From assembly GCA_965204535.1 (NCBI GenBank), contig CBDBEV010000001.1, forward strand, positions 832,001 to 896,000: a stretch of DNA of 64,000 bases. Reading direction: 5' to 3'. Shown piece after piece: positions 38,859 to 48,766 of the stretch. The notes under the pieces were generated by a model. The model had not been told where the DNA came from and did no database searches. It was given only the letters and a program-made list of their open reading frames with translations. The position numbers and the translations under genes are program-made. Position 1 is the first letter of the stretch, and every line of letters starts with the position of its first letter. The DNA comes from a bacterium (lineage in GTDB: Bacteria > UBA8248).

Positions 38859-39632
38859 ATGAGACGACTCGATATCGGCGACAGGCTGCTTGCGTATCTC
38901 GTCTTCGCGGCGGCGGTCGTTCTGGTCACCTTCTTCGCGTTCCAGCACGAATTATCGCGCGAATGGCATCTGCCGGGTTCCCCGACGCTGTATCTGTTCG
39001 GCGTCGCGGGGACGCTCCTCCTGTGCGTGTCCCTGGTATTCGTGGTCACGAAGCGAACGGGCGCGGGCGGCTCTCCCCTCGGCTGGTTCTCCGCCCATGT
39101 CGTGACGGCCACCCTGGGCGGCGTGCTGGTGACGATCCATTCCGGCGGGTTTGTTCGCTATGCGCCGGCGCTGTTGCTCGCAGCGCTTTTGCTTCTGGTG
39201 ATCCTGGGCGTGTGGGCGCGCGTCCGCCTCTCGAAAAATATGGCGGCCACGTTCGCCTCAAGGGAGCAATCCTTCTCCCCGCCCGGTTCCGAAGACCGGG
39301 AGCGCCTGGCCCGCCTCATCGAAGAGAAAGAGTCTTTATTGTCGAGGCTCGAACCGGGAGCGGACGAGGGCACATTTTCCCCCAGGCTCAGGCACTGGTT
39401 CTCAAGGCCCGCGCTCACGTTCGCCTACGCCCGTCTTATCGGCCGGGAAAACAGGCTGCTGGGCACCCGCGCAGGTGTATCTGCCGCGCAGGCGTACTGG
39501 CGGGTGGTTCACATCGTTTTGGCGTTTGCCTTCGTTCTCGGTATTCTGGGACACGTCGTCACCGTCACGTTTTTCGCCGGTTATGTCTCGGGCGGGGGAG
39601 AGATATACTGGTGGCACCTGACGAAGTGGTAG
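38859..39632 (+). CDS. Integral membrane protein, putative diheme b-type (ferric reductase-like TM)
   Basis: About 5 hydrophobic helices; two helices each carry H-x13-H (SAHVVTATLGGVLVTIH; VVHIVLAFAFVLGILGH). Confidence 0.6.
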   Translation: MRRLDIGDRLLAYLVFAAAVVLVTFFAFQHELSREWHLPGSPTLYLFGVAGTLLLCVSLVFVVTKRTGAGGSPLGWFSAHVVTATLGGVLVTIHSGGFVRYAPALLLAALLLLVILGVWARVRLSKNMAATFASREQSFSPPGSEDRERLARLIEEKESLLSRLEPGADEGTFSPRLRHWFSRPALTFAYARLIGRENRLLGTRAGVSAAQAYWRVVHIVLAFAFVLGILGHVVTVTFFAGYVSGGGEIYWWHLTKW

Positions 39633-39639
39633 CCCGCGC

Positions 39640-39930
39640 GTCCGGGTTGTTGAGGAAATCTGCCTGCAGAGGGGGCGGGGGGGTCTTTAACAGGCGAGAA
39701 GCCGTGTAGGGGCCGCATATATGCGGCCCGTGACGGGCGGCGAAAGGAGTCGCCTCTCTCGACTGGAAAACCAACCCCCCCTACCCCCCCTTGACAGGGG
39801 GGCAAGAAAAAGCAAAGCCCTCTCAGCCCGGCGGGGGTGCATCGCCTTTTTATACCCCCCTGTCAAGGGGGGGTAGGGGGGGTTGCCTTTATCCCCTGAC
39901 AAGGGTGGCTTTTTCGACACCCCTCCCTTA
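39640..39930. repeat. Palindromic repeat mosaic 8
   Basis: GTAGGGGCCGCATATATGCGGCCC and CCCCCCTACCCCCC element 39766-39895. Confidence 0.9.
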
Positions 39931-39941
39931 AGGAGTGAGTC

Positions 39942-42893
39942 TTGAGCAAGCTGGCCTTGATGATCGATCTGGAGCGGTGCTTCGGCTGCAAGAGCTGTGA
40001 GGCGGCGTGCAAGCAGGAGCACAGGCTGGGGCCCGGCGAATACCGGAACAAGGTGGTCTGGCTGGGGGACGCCTCCACGGGAACGCCTGATTTCCTCACG
40101 CTGACCTGCCAGCATTGCGAGCGCCCCGCCTGTCTCAGGGCCTGTCCCGTTCATCCCAAGGCGATAACGAAAGACCCCGATACCGGCGTGGTGGAGGTGC
40201 ACGAAGCCCTTTGCACGGGCTGCGGGGAATGCGTCATGGCGTGTCCTTACAGCGCGATGGGCTATGACGCGCAGGGGCATCATTCGGTGAAATGCGACCT
40301 TTGCCCCGATCGGCGGGAGAAGAATCTGGAGCCCGCCTGCGCCGAGATCTGTCCGGGCTACGCCATCTCGTTCGGCGAAAGGGATACGCTTCTCGAAAAG
40401 GCGGAGGGAGAGGGTCGTCATCTTCGGGATCACGATCATTTTCTCCTGAAGCCGCAGACGATATATCTGGAGAAAATCGCGAGGGAAAATGGCCGCGTGA
40501 ACGGCGCGGAAAGTTCAAGTTTGGGTGAAAAACCGAGCCGGCCCCGTTTTGTGGAATCCCCCGAAGCAAGTGAGGTTTTCAAAGAAAAAGGCCCCGATTT
40601 TCCCTACCTGCACGATAAAAACGCGCTCCAGGCGGACCGCGTCGAGCCGGGGGGATGTAATTTCTGCTTCAACTGCTGCACCGCCAAGTTTCATTTCCAG
40701 GGCGATAAACTCATCAACGTGACGGGGAACGACGAAGACCCCGTCCTGGACGGAAAAATCTGCCCCAAGGCGCAGTTCACGCTGCAACTCCATCACAACG
40801 AACACCGCCTGAAGTACCCCCTCAAGCGCGTCGGCCGCCGGGGCGAAAATGCGTTCGAGCGCATCACCTGGGAGCAGGCGCTCGATGAGATCGCCGCGAA
40901 ACTCGAAGTCCTGAAGGAAAAGTGGGGCACGGAGGCGCTGGCGATGTTCGTCGGGACCCGCACGGGGTTGATCACCCAGAAAGGCTACGCGCGGCTGTTC
41001 AGCCAGATGTGGGGAACGCCGAATCTTCAGGGGACAGACCCGTTCTGCGCGGCGGGCAAGGTGGTCGCCTACGAGGTGACGCACGGTATCAACGGCAACG
41101 GGAACAGCTATACGCCCGAGGACATCGGCAGCGCGGGGATGTATCTCTACGTCGGGGACAACCAGGCGGAGACGCGGCCAGTCTACTTCGGCAAGGTGAA
41201 CGACTGGCGCATCAGGAACAAGACGAAGATGGTCGTGGTCGACCCGAGGTACACCGCCACGGCGAGCAAGGCGGATAAATGGCTCGCCATCCGCCCGGGC
41301 ACCGACATGGCCCTGGGCCTCGCCATGGCGCACCATATTCTCTCTGAAAATCTGCACGATGCGCGTTTTTGCGATGAATGGGTGCTGGGCTGGGAGCGCT
41401 GGCGTGATTTCATTATCGCAAAGGGATATACCCCCGATTGGGCGGAGGGCGTGACGGGCATAGCAGCGGATGAGATTCGCGCGCTCGCCGGGGACGTGGC
41501 GAGGGCGGACGGCTGCGTCATCTTCGGGAGCCGGGGACTCAACCAGCACACCAACTCGGTGCAGACCAACCGGGCGTTCATGTTCGTCGCCGCGATAACG
41601 GGGAACTGGGGCCGCAGGGGCGGCGCCTACGTGAACATGACGGCGGGGCCGCCCATCGCCGCCAACGCGCCGGAGCACAGAAGGGCGGAAATCCAGAAGC
41701 CGATGGTGCGCAGGAGTCCGGCGGGCTGGCTGAGCGCCATGCGGGAGGGCAAGCCGTATCCCGTCAAGGGCCTCATCACGTGCAACAACCCGCTTGCGCA
41801 ATGGCCGGGTCAGGATGAGGCGCGTGAGGCATTCAAAGCGCTCGACCTCATCGTCCACATCGAGTTGTTCGCGAACGAGACCTCAGCCTATGCGGATTAC
41901 GTGCTGCCGGCGGCGGGCGGGATCGAGAAAGGCGAGCTGGGCCGCACGAACGACGACAGGAGAGTCGTGTGGATCGACAAGATGATCGACCCGCCGGGAG
42001 AGGCGAAGCCCGATGGATGGATATGGACGGAACTCGGGCGGCGCCTCGGGTTCGGCGACGTGATGAAAGAGGAATACAAGGACCCGGGCAGGTTCTGGGA
42101 CGAGATGTGCATCGACAACGATTTCCTGCGCGGCGTGACGCAGAAGAGGCTCCACTCGGTTCCCTACCGGTGGGTGCGCTTTCCCGTCGCGAGCGAGGAC
42201 GCCCCCGAGCAGGAGACGCTTTACCTCGAAGGAACGACCGCCACGGGGCAGCCCGAGGGCAAGCGCTTCCCGACGCCGAGCGGGCGGCTCGAGTTCTGGA
42301 CGGAAGCGCTGGAGGAAAAATTCAAGAAAGTAGGCCTCTCCGCATTGCCTGAGTTCTACAGCGAGAAAGAGAATCTCCTGGGGTTGCCCTATCTCGAATA
42401 TGAACACGAAGATGACGATCTGGCGATCATCTCCCCCTTCTCCAAGACACCCACGGGTTCCCGCGCCGCCAGAATCGTTCAGCCGGATGAGAAAGACTTA
42501 GGTCAGGCGCTTCGCCGGCAAGGCTTCGAGACGACGCTGATAACGGGCCGCCCGCCCGCGCCGCATTTTCATAGCTGGACGCATTATTTCTGGCAGGCGC
42601 AGGAGATGTGGCCGGACCTCTATTGCCAGATACATCCCGAAAAAGCGGGGGAACTGGGAATCGAAGACGGCGAGAGAGTCCGGGTGGAGACGGCGCACGG
42701 CGCCATCGAGGCGATGGCCTGGGTGAACGCAGGCATCCGGGAGGACGCGGTATACGTTCCCATCGGCTGGGGGGAGCGCCAGCCCTACCATCCCTGGCGA
42801 TCGGTGAATTTCCTGACGGACATCGCTCAGCGCGACCCGTGCTCGGACCAGACGAACCTCAAGAGCCTGCTGTGCCGAATTTCCCGGGCGTGA
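39942..42893 (+). CDS. DMSO-reductase-family molybdopterin oxidoreductase fused to N-terminal DmsB-like 4x[4Fe-4S] domain
   Basis: Four ferredoxin Cys clusters in the first ~150 aa, FS0 motif CNFCFNCC...CPK, RLKYPLKR, IRPGTD, ADYVLPA, C-terminal molybdopterin-binding domain; no Tat motif; TTG start after AAGGAG. Confidence 0.88.
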   Translation: MSKLALMIDLERCFGCKSCEAACKQEHRLGPGEYRNKVVWLGDASTGTPDFLTLTCQHCERPACLRACPVHPKAITKDPDTGVVEVHEALCTGCGECVMACPYSAMGYDAQGHHSVKCDLCPDRREKNLEPACAEICPGYAISFGERDTLLEKAEGEGRHLRDHDHFLLKPQTIYLEKIARENGRVNGAESSSLGEKPSRPRFVESPEASEVFKEKGPDFPYLHDKNALQADRVEPGGCNFCFNCCTAKFHFQGDKLINVTGNDEDPVLDGKICPKAQFTLQLHHNEHRLKYPLKRVGRRGENAFERITWEQALDEIAAKLEVLKEKWGTEALAMFVGTRTGLITQKGYARLFSQMWGTPNLQGTDPFCAAGKVVAYEVTHGINGNGNSYTPEDIGSAGMYLYVGDNQAETRPVYFGKVNDWRIRNKTKMVVVDPRYTATASKADKWLAIRPGTDMALGLAMAHHILSENLHDARFCDEWVLGWERWRDFIIAKGYTPDWAEGVTGIAADEIRALAGDVARADGCVIFGSRGLNQHTNSVQTNRAFMFVAAITGNWGRRGGAYVNMTAGPPIAANAPEHRRAEIQKPMVRRSPAGWLSAMREGKPYPVKGLITCNNPLAQWPGQDEAREAFKALDLIVHIELFANETSAYADYVLPAAGGIEKGELGRTNDDRRVVWIDKMIDPPGEAKPDGWIWTELGRRLGFGDVMKEEYKDPGRFWDEMCIDNDFLRGVTQKRLHSVPYRWVRFPVASEDAPEQETLYLEGTTATGQPEGKRFPTPSGRLEFWTEALEEKFKKVGLSALPEFYSEKENLLGLPYLEYEHEDDDLAIISPFSKTPTGSRAARIVQPDEKDLGQALRRQGFETTLITGRPPAPHFHSWTHYFWQAQEMWPDLYCQIHPEKAGELGIEDGERVRVETAHGAIEAMAWVNAGIREDAVYVPIGWGERQPYHPWRSVNFLTDIAQRDPCSDQTNLKSLLCRISRA

Positions 42894-43430
42894 CCTGTCC
42901 GAAGTCGTGATTTGTCCTATCGGTCGGATTTGAAATTCACTTCCCCCTTGAGTGGACTGTTGAAAAAGCATTTATCAAAAGAATAACCCCCCCTACCCCC
43001 CCTTGTCAGGGGTCAAACGCGAGTGATGAACGAGCGTTTGCATAAGCCATTAACGAGAAACACATCGCCTTGCAAAACCTCCCTCTTCGGTCGGTTTTGA
43101 CCCCTGACAAGGGGGGTAGGGGGGGTTGCTTTTCCAGTCGAGGATGATCACCACCGTCATTCCGGCGGCGGGATTCCGTCTTGCTGCGCATTGGTGTAGG
43201 GGTCGCATACATGCGACCCACATCGTAAAGGCGAAAGAAAGGGCCGCATATATGTCGGACATATATGTCCGACCTACACGCGGGTGGCGCCCTTCGCATA
43301 TCGCCGATTGCCGGAATGACGACCGAAGGAAGTCCACGGGCGGCCACGGGGGGCCGCCCCTACGGCGATACACGCGATTTTCGTAGGGACAACCCCCCGT
43401 GGTTGTCCCAGATCCCTGTGCCTGTCCGAG
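42893..43430. repeat. Palindromic repeat mosaic 9
   Basis: CCCCCCTACCCCCC element ~42985-43135; GTAG doublet nested in CGTC ends 43155-43321 (paralog of 19231-19390); GTAGGGACAACCCCCGTGGTTGTCCC. Confidence 0.9.
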
Positions 43431-43431
43431 G

Positions 43432-43893
43432 CTATTCAATCGGGTCGGGCCGGACGGGTACGCAGATTTCGGTTCGGATGTCGGTTTCCGCCGTATCGCG
43501 GGGGTCGGTGACGTAACGATACACCAGCGGGCCTTCCCTTCTCTTGAACCCGCTGTGCGGCAGCCATTGTTCGAGCATCTCGCCCAGTGTAAGCCTGAGC
43601 GTGTCGTATCCCCCGGTGTGCACTCCCACCGCATGCCATCCGCCCGGAAAGTCCGTCTCATGCAGTTCTTCAGGTCTTGGCAGATCCGAAAGCGCGCGCC
43701 GGCACGCTTCGTATCCCTTCTCTCCATGGTCGAGTCCGCAAGCGGGGCCGATGCGGGGGAGGTTCCCGCAGATCCTGAGCAGGCGCGCCTGGATGAGGCC
43801 GATGGTCTCAGGGCCGGCGGGTGCGTCGGTGCGAAGCGCCCAGAGCTTCAATCCGTCCAGTTCCAGGACTTTGACCGGCTGCGAAGTCCTCAT
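43432..43893 (-). CDS. GyrI-like small-molecule binding protein
   Basis: GGWHAVGVHTGGYD...WLPHSG...YVTDP...TEICVPV. Confidence 0.8.
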   Translation of the reverse strand: MRTSQPVKVLELDGLKLWALRTDAPAGPETIGLIQARLLRICGNLPRIGPACGLDHGEKGYEACRRALSDLPRPEELHETDFPGGWHAVGVHTGGYDTLRLTLGEMLEQWLPHSGFKRREGPLVYRYVTDPRDTAETDIRTEICVPVRPDPIE

Positions 43894-44282
43894 GGGGCGT
43901 TCTTTAAGCTTCTCGATTTCAGGGCGTTTTGCAGCACGCGCCGGGCGAGTACGGCGCAGTGGCGTTTATGGGTGGGGAGGCCGCCGACGCTTTGCGCGAT
44001 CTCCTCCGCGGTGATTTCTCCAAGTTCCTCCACCGTTTTCCCGCGCACCATATCCGTCAGGGAACTCATGGCGGCGGTGATCGCCCCGCAGCCGATAATC
44101 CTGAGCTTGGCGTCCGAAACCGCCTCGCCCTCGAATTTGAGGTAGAGCGTCACCTCATCGCCGCAGACGGGGTTCGTTCCGCTCCCCTCGGCGTCCGCGT
44201 CTTCGATGACGCCGATGTTGCGCGGGTCCGCGATGTGGCGGAGCACCGTCTCGTTATAGTGGTAGTCGTCTCTGGGAGCCAA
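43890..44282 (-). CDS. iscU: Fe-S cluster scaffold IscU/NifU
   Basis: NPVCGD, GCGAITA, LPTHKRHC. Confidence 0.9.
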   Translation of the reverse strand: MAPRDDYHYNETVLRHIADPRNIGVIEDADAEGSGTNPVCGDEVTLYLKFEGEAVSDAKLRIIGCGAITAAMSSLTDMVRGKTVEELGEITAEEIAQSVGGLPTHKRHCAVLARRVLQNALKSRSLKNAP

Positions 44283-44291
44283 AGGTTCTTC

Positions 44292-45461
44292 TCACGTTTT
44301 CGTTGATTTGAGGCGGGGCGCCATCTCGCGCACCTTGCTGACGGCCTCGGGCAGCACTTCGAGCAGCCTGTCGATGTCCGCATCCGTGTTGCCGTAGCCG
44401 AGGCTGAACCTGAGCGAGCCCTGCACGGTTTCCTGGGGCAAATCCATCGCCAGCAGAACGTGGCTGGGCTCGGGGGAACCCGAACTGCAGGCCGCGCCCG
44501 TGCTCACGGCGATGCCCTCGAGATCGAGGCGGATCAGGAGGGTTTCCCCTTCCGCGCCGATGAAGCCCAGGTTCGACGTGCCGGGAAGGCGGTGGTCCGT
44601 ATCGCCGTTGATCAAGACATCGGGAACGTGTTCGCAGATTTCGTTTTCGAGACGGTCTCTCATGGCGGCGACGTTCTTGGCGGATTGCGGGCCTTCTTCT
44701 TTCGCGATGCGGCAGGCCTCTCCCAACGCCACGATGCCGGCCACGTTCTCCGTGCCCGAGCGCAGTTTCTGCTCCTGCCCGCCGCCGATAATCAGGGGGT
44801 CGAGCTTCGTTCCCTTTTTGACGTATAAAAAACCCGCGCCCTTCAAGGCATTGAATTTGTGCCCGGTGGCGGAAAGCAGAGACACGCCGGCGCGCTCCAC
44901 GTCGATGGGTTCCTTGCCCATCGCCTGTACGGCGTCGGTGTGAAACAGGATGCCGCGCTCCCGGCAAATCGCGCCGATCTCATGGATCGGCTGAACCGTG
45001 CCGACCTCGTTGTTGCCCCACATGACGGATACGATCTTCGTATCCGGCCGGATCGCCGCCGCCACGTCTTCGGCGGAGACGCGCCCTTTGCGGTTCGGCT
45101 TCACGTAGGTGACTTCCGCCCCCTCCGCTTCCAGGGTCTGGCACGTCGCGAGCACGGCCTCGTGCTCGATCGCCGTGGTGACGACATGGCTCGTACCTTT
45201 CGCGGCGGAGACGACGCCCCGAAGCGCCCAGTTGTCGCTCTCCGTACCGCCTGAGGTGAAGAAGATTTCATCGCTATCCGCGGCGCCGATGAGGGCCGCC
45301 GCATGGTCGCGGGCGTTTTCAATCGCGATTCTGGTTTCGCGGCCGTACCGGTGAATGCTGTTCGGGTTTCCGAATTTCTCGCCGAGATAGGGCTGCATCG
45401 CGGCCAGAACCTCAGGCCGCATCGGGGTGGTCGCGTTGTGGTCCATGTAGATGGTGTTCAT
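44292..45461 (-). CDS. iscS: Cysteine desulfurase IscS/NifS
   Basis: [42 protein letters not shown]. Confidence 0.93.
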   Translation of the reverse strand: MNTIYMDHNATTPMRPEVLAAMQPYLGEKFGNPNSIHRYGRETRIAIENARDHAAALIGAADSDEIFFTSGGTESDNWALRGVVSAAKGTSHVVTTAIEHEAVLATCQTLEAEGAEVTYVKPNRKGRVSAEDVAAAIRPDTKIVSVMWGNNEVGTVQPIHEIGAICRERGILFHTDAVQAMGKEPIDVERAGVSLLSATGHKFNALKGAGFLYVKKGTKLDPLIIGGGQEQKLRSGTENVAGIVALGEACRIAKEEGPQSAKNVAAMRDRLENEICEHVPDVLINGDTDHRLPGTSNLGFIGAEGETLLIRLDLEGIAVSTGAACSSGSPEPSHVLLAMDLPQETVQGSLRFSLGYGNTDADIDRLLEVLPEAVSKVREMAPRLKSTKT

Positions 45462-46165
45462 GGGGTCTCTTGTTTTTCCCCTGTCGGCTCCCGCGCCTGA
45501 GCCAGTTCTCTCTCGAGGGCCGCGATGCGCTGGTTCAAAGCCTGAATGGCTGCCTCCACCGGGTCGGGCAACTCGTGGTGCTCGAAAGATACGGGGAGCA
45601 GATCGTCCGTTTTGCCTTGCCCCTCCCGGTAGACGATGCGCGCGGGCACGCCGACGACCGTGCAGCCGGGCGGCACGTCCGAGATGACGACCGAACTGGC
45701 GCCGATGCGGGAGCCTGCGCCGATGACGTGCGGGCCCAGCACCCGGGCGCCGACGCCGACGACCACGTTATCCTCCAGAGAGGGATGCCTTTTTTCTTTC
45801 TTGAGGCTCACGCCGCCGAGCGTCACCCCCTGGTAGATGGTGCAGTTTTTCCCGATCTGCGTCGTTTCACCGATGACGACGCCCATTCCGTGATCAATGA
45901 AAAGCCCTTCGCCGATCCGCGCGCCGGGGTGAATTTCGATGCCCGTGATGAACCGGTTCCAGTGGCTCAGCCAGCGCGCCAGGAGCAGGAATCCCCGCTT
46001 CCAGAAGAAATGGCCCATCCGGTGCAGGCAGACGGCGTGAAATCCCGGATAGCAGAGAATCACCTCCAGTTTCGACCTGCAGGCGGGGTCGCGCTCCATG
46101 ACGGCGGCGATGTCCTTTCGCATCGATTCGAATCCGCGCCTGAAACTTCCGAGGAGTCCGCCCAT
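45458..46165 (-). CDS. cysE: Serine O-acetyltransferase
   Basis: [30 protein letters not shown]. Confidence 0.93.
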   Translation of the reverse strand: MGGLLGSFRRGFESMRKDIAAVMERDPACRSKLEVILCYPGFHAVCLHRMGHFFWKRGFLLLARWLSHWNRFITGIEIHPGARIGEGLFIDHGMGVVIGETTQIGKNCTIYQGVTLGGVSLKKEKRHPSLEDNVVVGVGARVLGPHVIGAGSRIGASSVVISDVPPGCTVVGVPARIVYREGQGKTDDLLPVSFEHHELPDPVEAAIQALNQRIAALERELAQAREPTGEKQETP

Positions 46166-46278
46166 GGCTCCTAAACCCTAAGTCAAAGAAAAACCGGGGA
46201 AACAGGCGTGCTCCCCCACGTTACTCCTCCATCATAGCACAGTGTGTTTCGATACGCCTTTCGCCCAGGCGGGTCACG

Positions 46279-46695
46279 CTAATACTTCTTTGAAAAATAA
46301 TCGTTTAGAATGTCTGCGTGATCAAATGCGATTTCAGGGGGCAGGGAATTTTCGCCGAAAACGCCTGCGCGCCTCGCGTCGTCCCGCGCTTTTAAGACTC
46401 CGCCAAGAACCCTTGCGATGAACACGACGGTGACGTTGTGCTGCCTCTCGTCGCGCCCGGGGTCGCTGTAGGCATGAAACTGGCGAATCAGTTTCACGTC
46501 GAGCGAGGTTTCCTCTTTGGCTTCTCGTATTGCCGCGCTTTCGAGCGTTTCCCCGTAGTCGACAAACCCGCCCGGCAGCGCCCAGCCGTAGGGAGGATTT
46601 TTCCGCTCAATCATCACGACCCCTTGCTCGCCGTTCTCATCCTCGATTTCGATGATGACGTCCACCGTAAGATAAGGATTTCTGGGGAGATTCAC
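46279..46695 (-). CDS. NUDIX hydrolase
   Basis: [24 protein letters not shown] Nudix box. Confidence 0.92.
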   Translation of the reverse strand: MNLPRNPYLTVDVIIEIEDENGEQGVVMIERKNPPYGWALPGGFVDYGETLESAAIREAKEETSLDVKLIRQFHAYSDPGRDERQHNVTVVFIARVLGGVLKARDDARRAGVFGENSLPPEIAFDHADILNDYFSKKY

Positions 46696-46811
46696 CTGTG
46701 TGCTCGCTTTTTATGGGAATTATATACCTAAGTAACATCCGTCCCTTTGCTCAACGGAGCGGCTGGCATATCGCCATAAAGCAGAACCTCTAAGGTATGG
46801 GGATAGCAGTC

Positions 46812-46865
46812 ATGTCCAATAAGGCGTTGGGCAAATCCCGCCGGAAAGAAATGTCCCTAGCAGAT
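46812..46865 (+). pseudogene. Possible 5' remnant of an IS1595-family transposase
   Basis: MSNKALGKSRRKEMSLAD ~100 bp inside the left end resembles recalled IS1595 transposase N-termini (not verified by search). Confidence 0.4.
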
Positions 46866-47118
46866 CCAGATATCTGACGATAAGGTAATCGAAATCTTCG
46901 CCGATACCAGAAAATCGGTTGGCGACGGCCCAAATTACCAGCAGCATTATTTCCGCAAAGGCGACTGTCTCGTCGGTGTGATCTATCAGCCGCAATATAG
47001 GGCGTGGTGGAAAGACTCCTCCGATCCTCCACTGGAAAAGCCCCGGATAGGATTCGAATAGGGAATTATATACCTGACTTTACAGGCAAGAAGAACAGTA
47101 TCCTCCCTGACCTACGTA

Positions 47119-47325
47119 TCAGTTGGCTGCCTGATATAGCCTTTCAAATATCTCCTTGATCGGTGCGTCATCTGGTGCAGTGAAGCCCGCCGCACGTTTA
47201 GATAGTTCAAGGCGAAATTTTAATTTCTGGTTCTCATCCAGTAGCGGAGTAAGTACGCCGACAATTTCGCAACATGCGATTATAAGTGCTCTGATTTCTT
47301 TTCCCTGAGCCTCGCTCTCGTACAT
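47119..47325 (-). CDS. Small hypothetical protein (cargo)
   Basis: 68-aa ORF abutting the upstream gene with AAGGAG RBS. Confidence 0.6.
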   Translation of the reverse strand: MYESEAQGKEIRALIIACCEIVGVLTPLLDENQKLKFRLELSKRAAGFTAPDDAPIKEIFERLYQAAN

Positions 47326-48120
47326 TTATTCGTCTCCTTCTGTATGTCCGGTAGCTTCCAGTATTTGCCCGACGAAAGGCTTGTCGATGGAATCCGCCGC
47401 CGAATACCATTCGCCCAGATAACTGTCGATTTTTTCCGAGGAGTCGGGGAGCCTGCTGATCGCATTCCAACCCGCTGGAGCGGATTCAAAGATTGGCAGA
47501 AGCTGTTTTGCAACCAAGCCATTTAAGGGTCGGTCATCCATATTTTCCTGATAGGGGTCTTTCCGTAACTCTTCCTCGTGAGCTACCAGCCATTCTTTAA
47601 GGTCGATTGTTTCGGGGAGTTGGATCTCCGGGCGGGAGAGCCGGTTCTCCACATAGACCGCTAGGTGCTTGGCATAATCTTTCCAGTTTGAATATGGCGG
47701 CGCATCGGGCCACCGCCGCGCCATCTGGCGAAGCGTAAAAAGAGAGGCGACCTCGCAAATTACCTCATGAAACCAACGGTTCGGTTTTTGCCTCAATCGC
47801 TCATAATCAGATAAAACATGACAGAATTCATGTGAGAACTGGAATGCGAATTGGCACCAGTCCCGATCGCGGGCCGTAAGCTGGATGGATATTGGTTCAT
47901 GCGTAGAAGTACGATAGTGGATTCGCGGCTCGAAATCCCATGCTGGCGAAGCTTTTACATGGATCGTTCCAGCAAAAGGGTTTCTCAGCAATCGGTTCAT
48001 ATGAGATGCCGTATCCGTCAGAAGTCTTTCAATATCGCATCGCTTGGCTTCGCCCCAATCGTCTGACAACACTTTAATTTGCGCTATAAATTCCACCAGT
48101 TCGGCCCTCCCGGCGTACAA
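47326..48120 (-). CDS. Putative HExxH zinc metallopeptidase-like protein (cargo; start uncertain)
   Basis: FSHEFCHVL plus downstream WFHEVICE providing a possible third ligand. Confidence 0.65.
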   Translation of the reverse strand: MYAGRAELVEFIAQIKVLSDDWGEAKRCDIERLLTDTASHMNRLLRNPFAGTIHVKASPAWDFEPRIHYRTSTHEPISIQLTARDRDWCQFAFQFSHEFCHVLSDYERLRQKPNRWFHEVICEVASLFTLRQMARRWPDAPPYSNWKDYAKHLAVYVENRLSRPEIQLPETIDLKEWLVAHEEELRKDPYQENMDDRPLNGLVAKQLLPIFESAPAGWNAISRLPDSSEKIDSYLGEWYSAADSIDKPFVGQILEATGHTEGDE

Positions 48121-48766
48121 AGCCTACCTAAACCATCTCATTAAAACCCAGCCCTCCCGCCAGGATTGACTCGTTCGGATAAGTCGCTGTTCTATTTTTT
48201 CGACTCGCTCACCATGTTCGCCGTTCTATTTTCATGGCTCGTTCTGGCGGGAGGGCTGGGCATCTCGGGCGTTGCTCGATATTGATTGCAACATGATTTA
48301 CCGGGGCCATCCCTTCCCCCTGCCTGCCGCGCCGCTTAGGTAGCTGACGCTAGGCAAGCCGCTCATGCTCAATGATGTTCGTAAATCATGGCTCTTGGCG
48401 GGAGGGGATGGCCTTCTTAAGGCCGATGAGCAAAATTACCATGCTTGCAATATCCGATCAATTTTCATTACAATGCGCCTCGCCAAACGCAACACGCATA
48501 GACCCAGCATCACCGGGTCGCCCGCTCAATAGAAGACCGTGCCTCCCAGCGCGGGAATAGGCGGGAAACTCACCTTATGCGTGATGTGTTTGGCAACCGG
48601 CCCGGCCTAGATGGGCTAGGCAGCCATATATGAGAGCGCGGGAACCTCGGCCTTAGACCCGAAACCCCCGCATAGTGGGGTATAGGGCCACCATACGATC
48701 AAAGGTCGCAGAATCTAAGTATCACACCCCACCTTTACTGGTAATTCAAAACGGGAGGGGTGCAGT

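Noticed and set aside
42890-43727. ORFs spanning mosaic 9
   Set aside because: Repeat-derived or antisense to the GyrI-like gene
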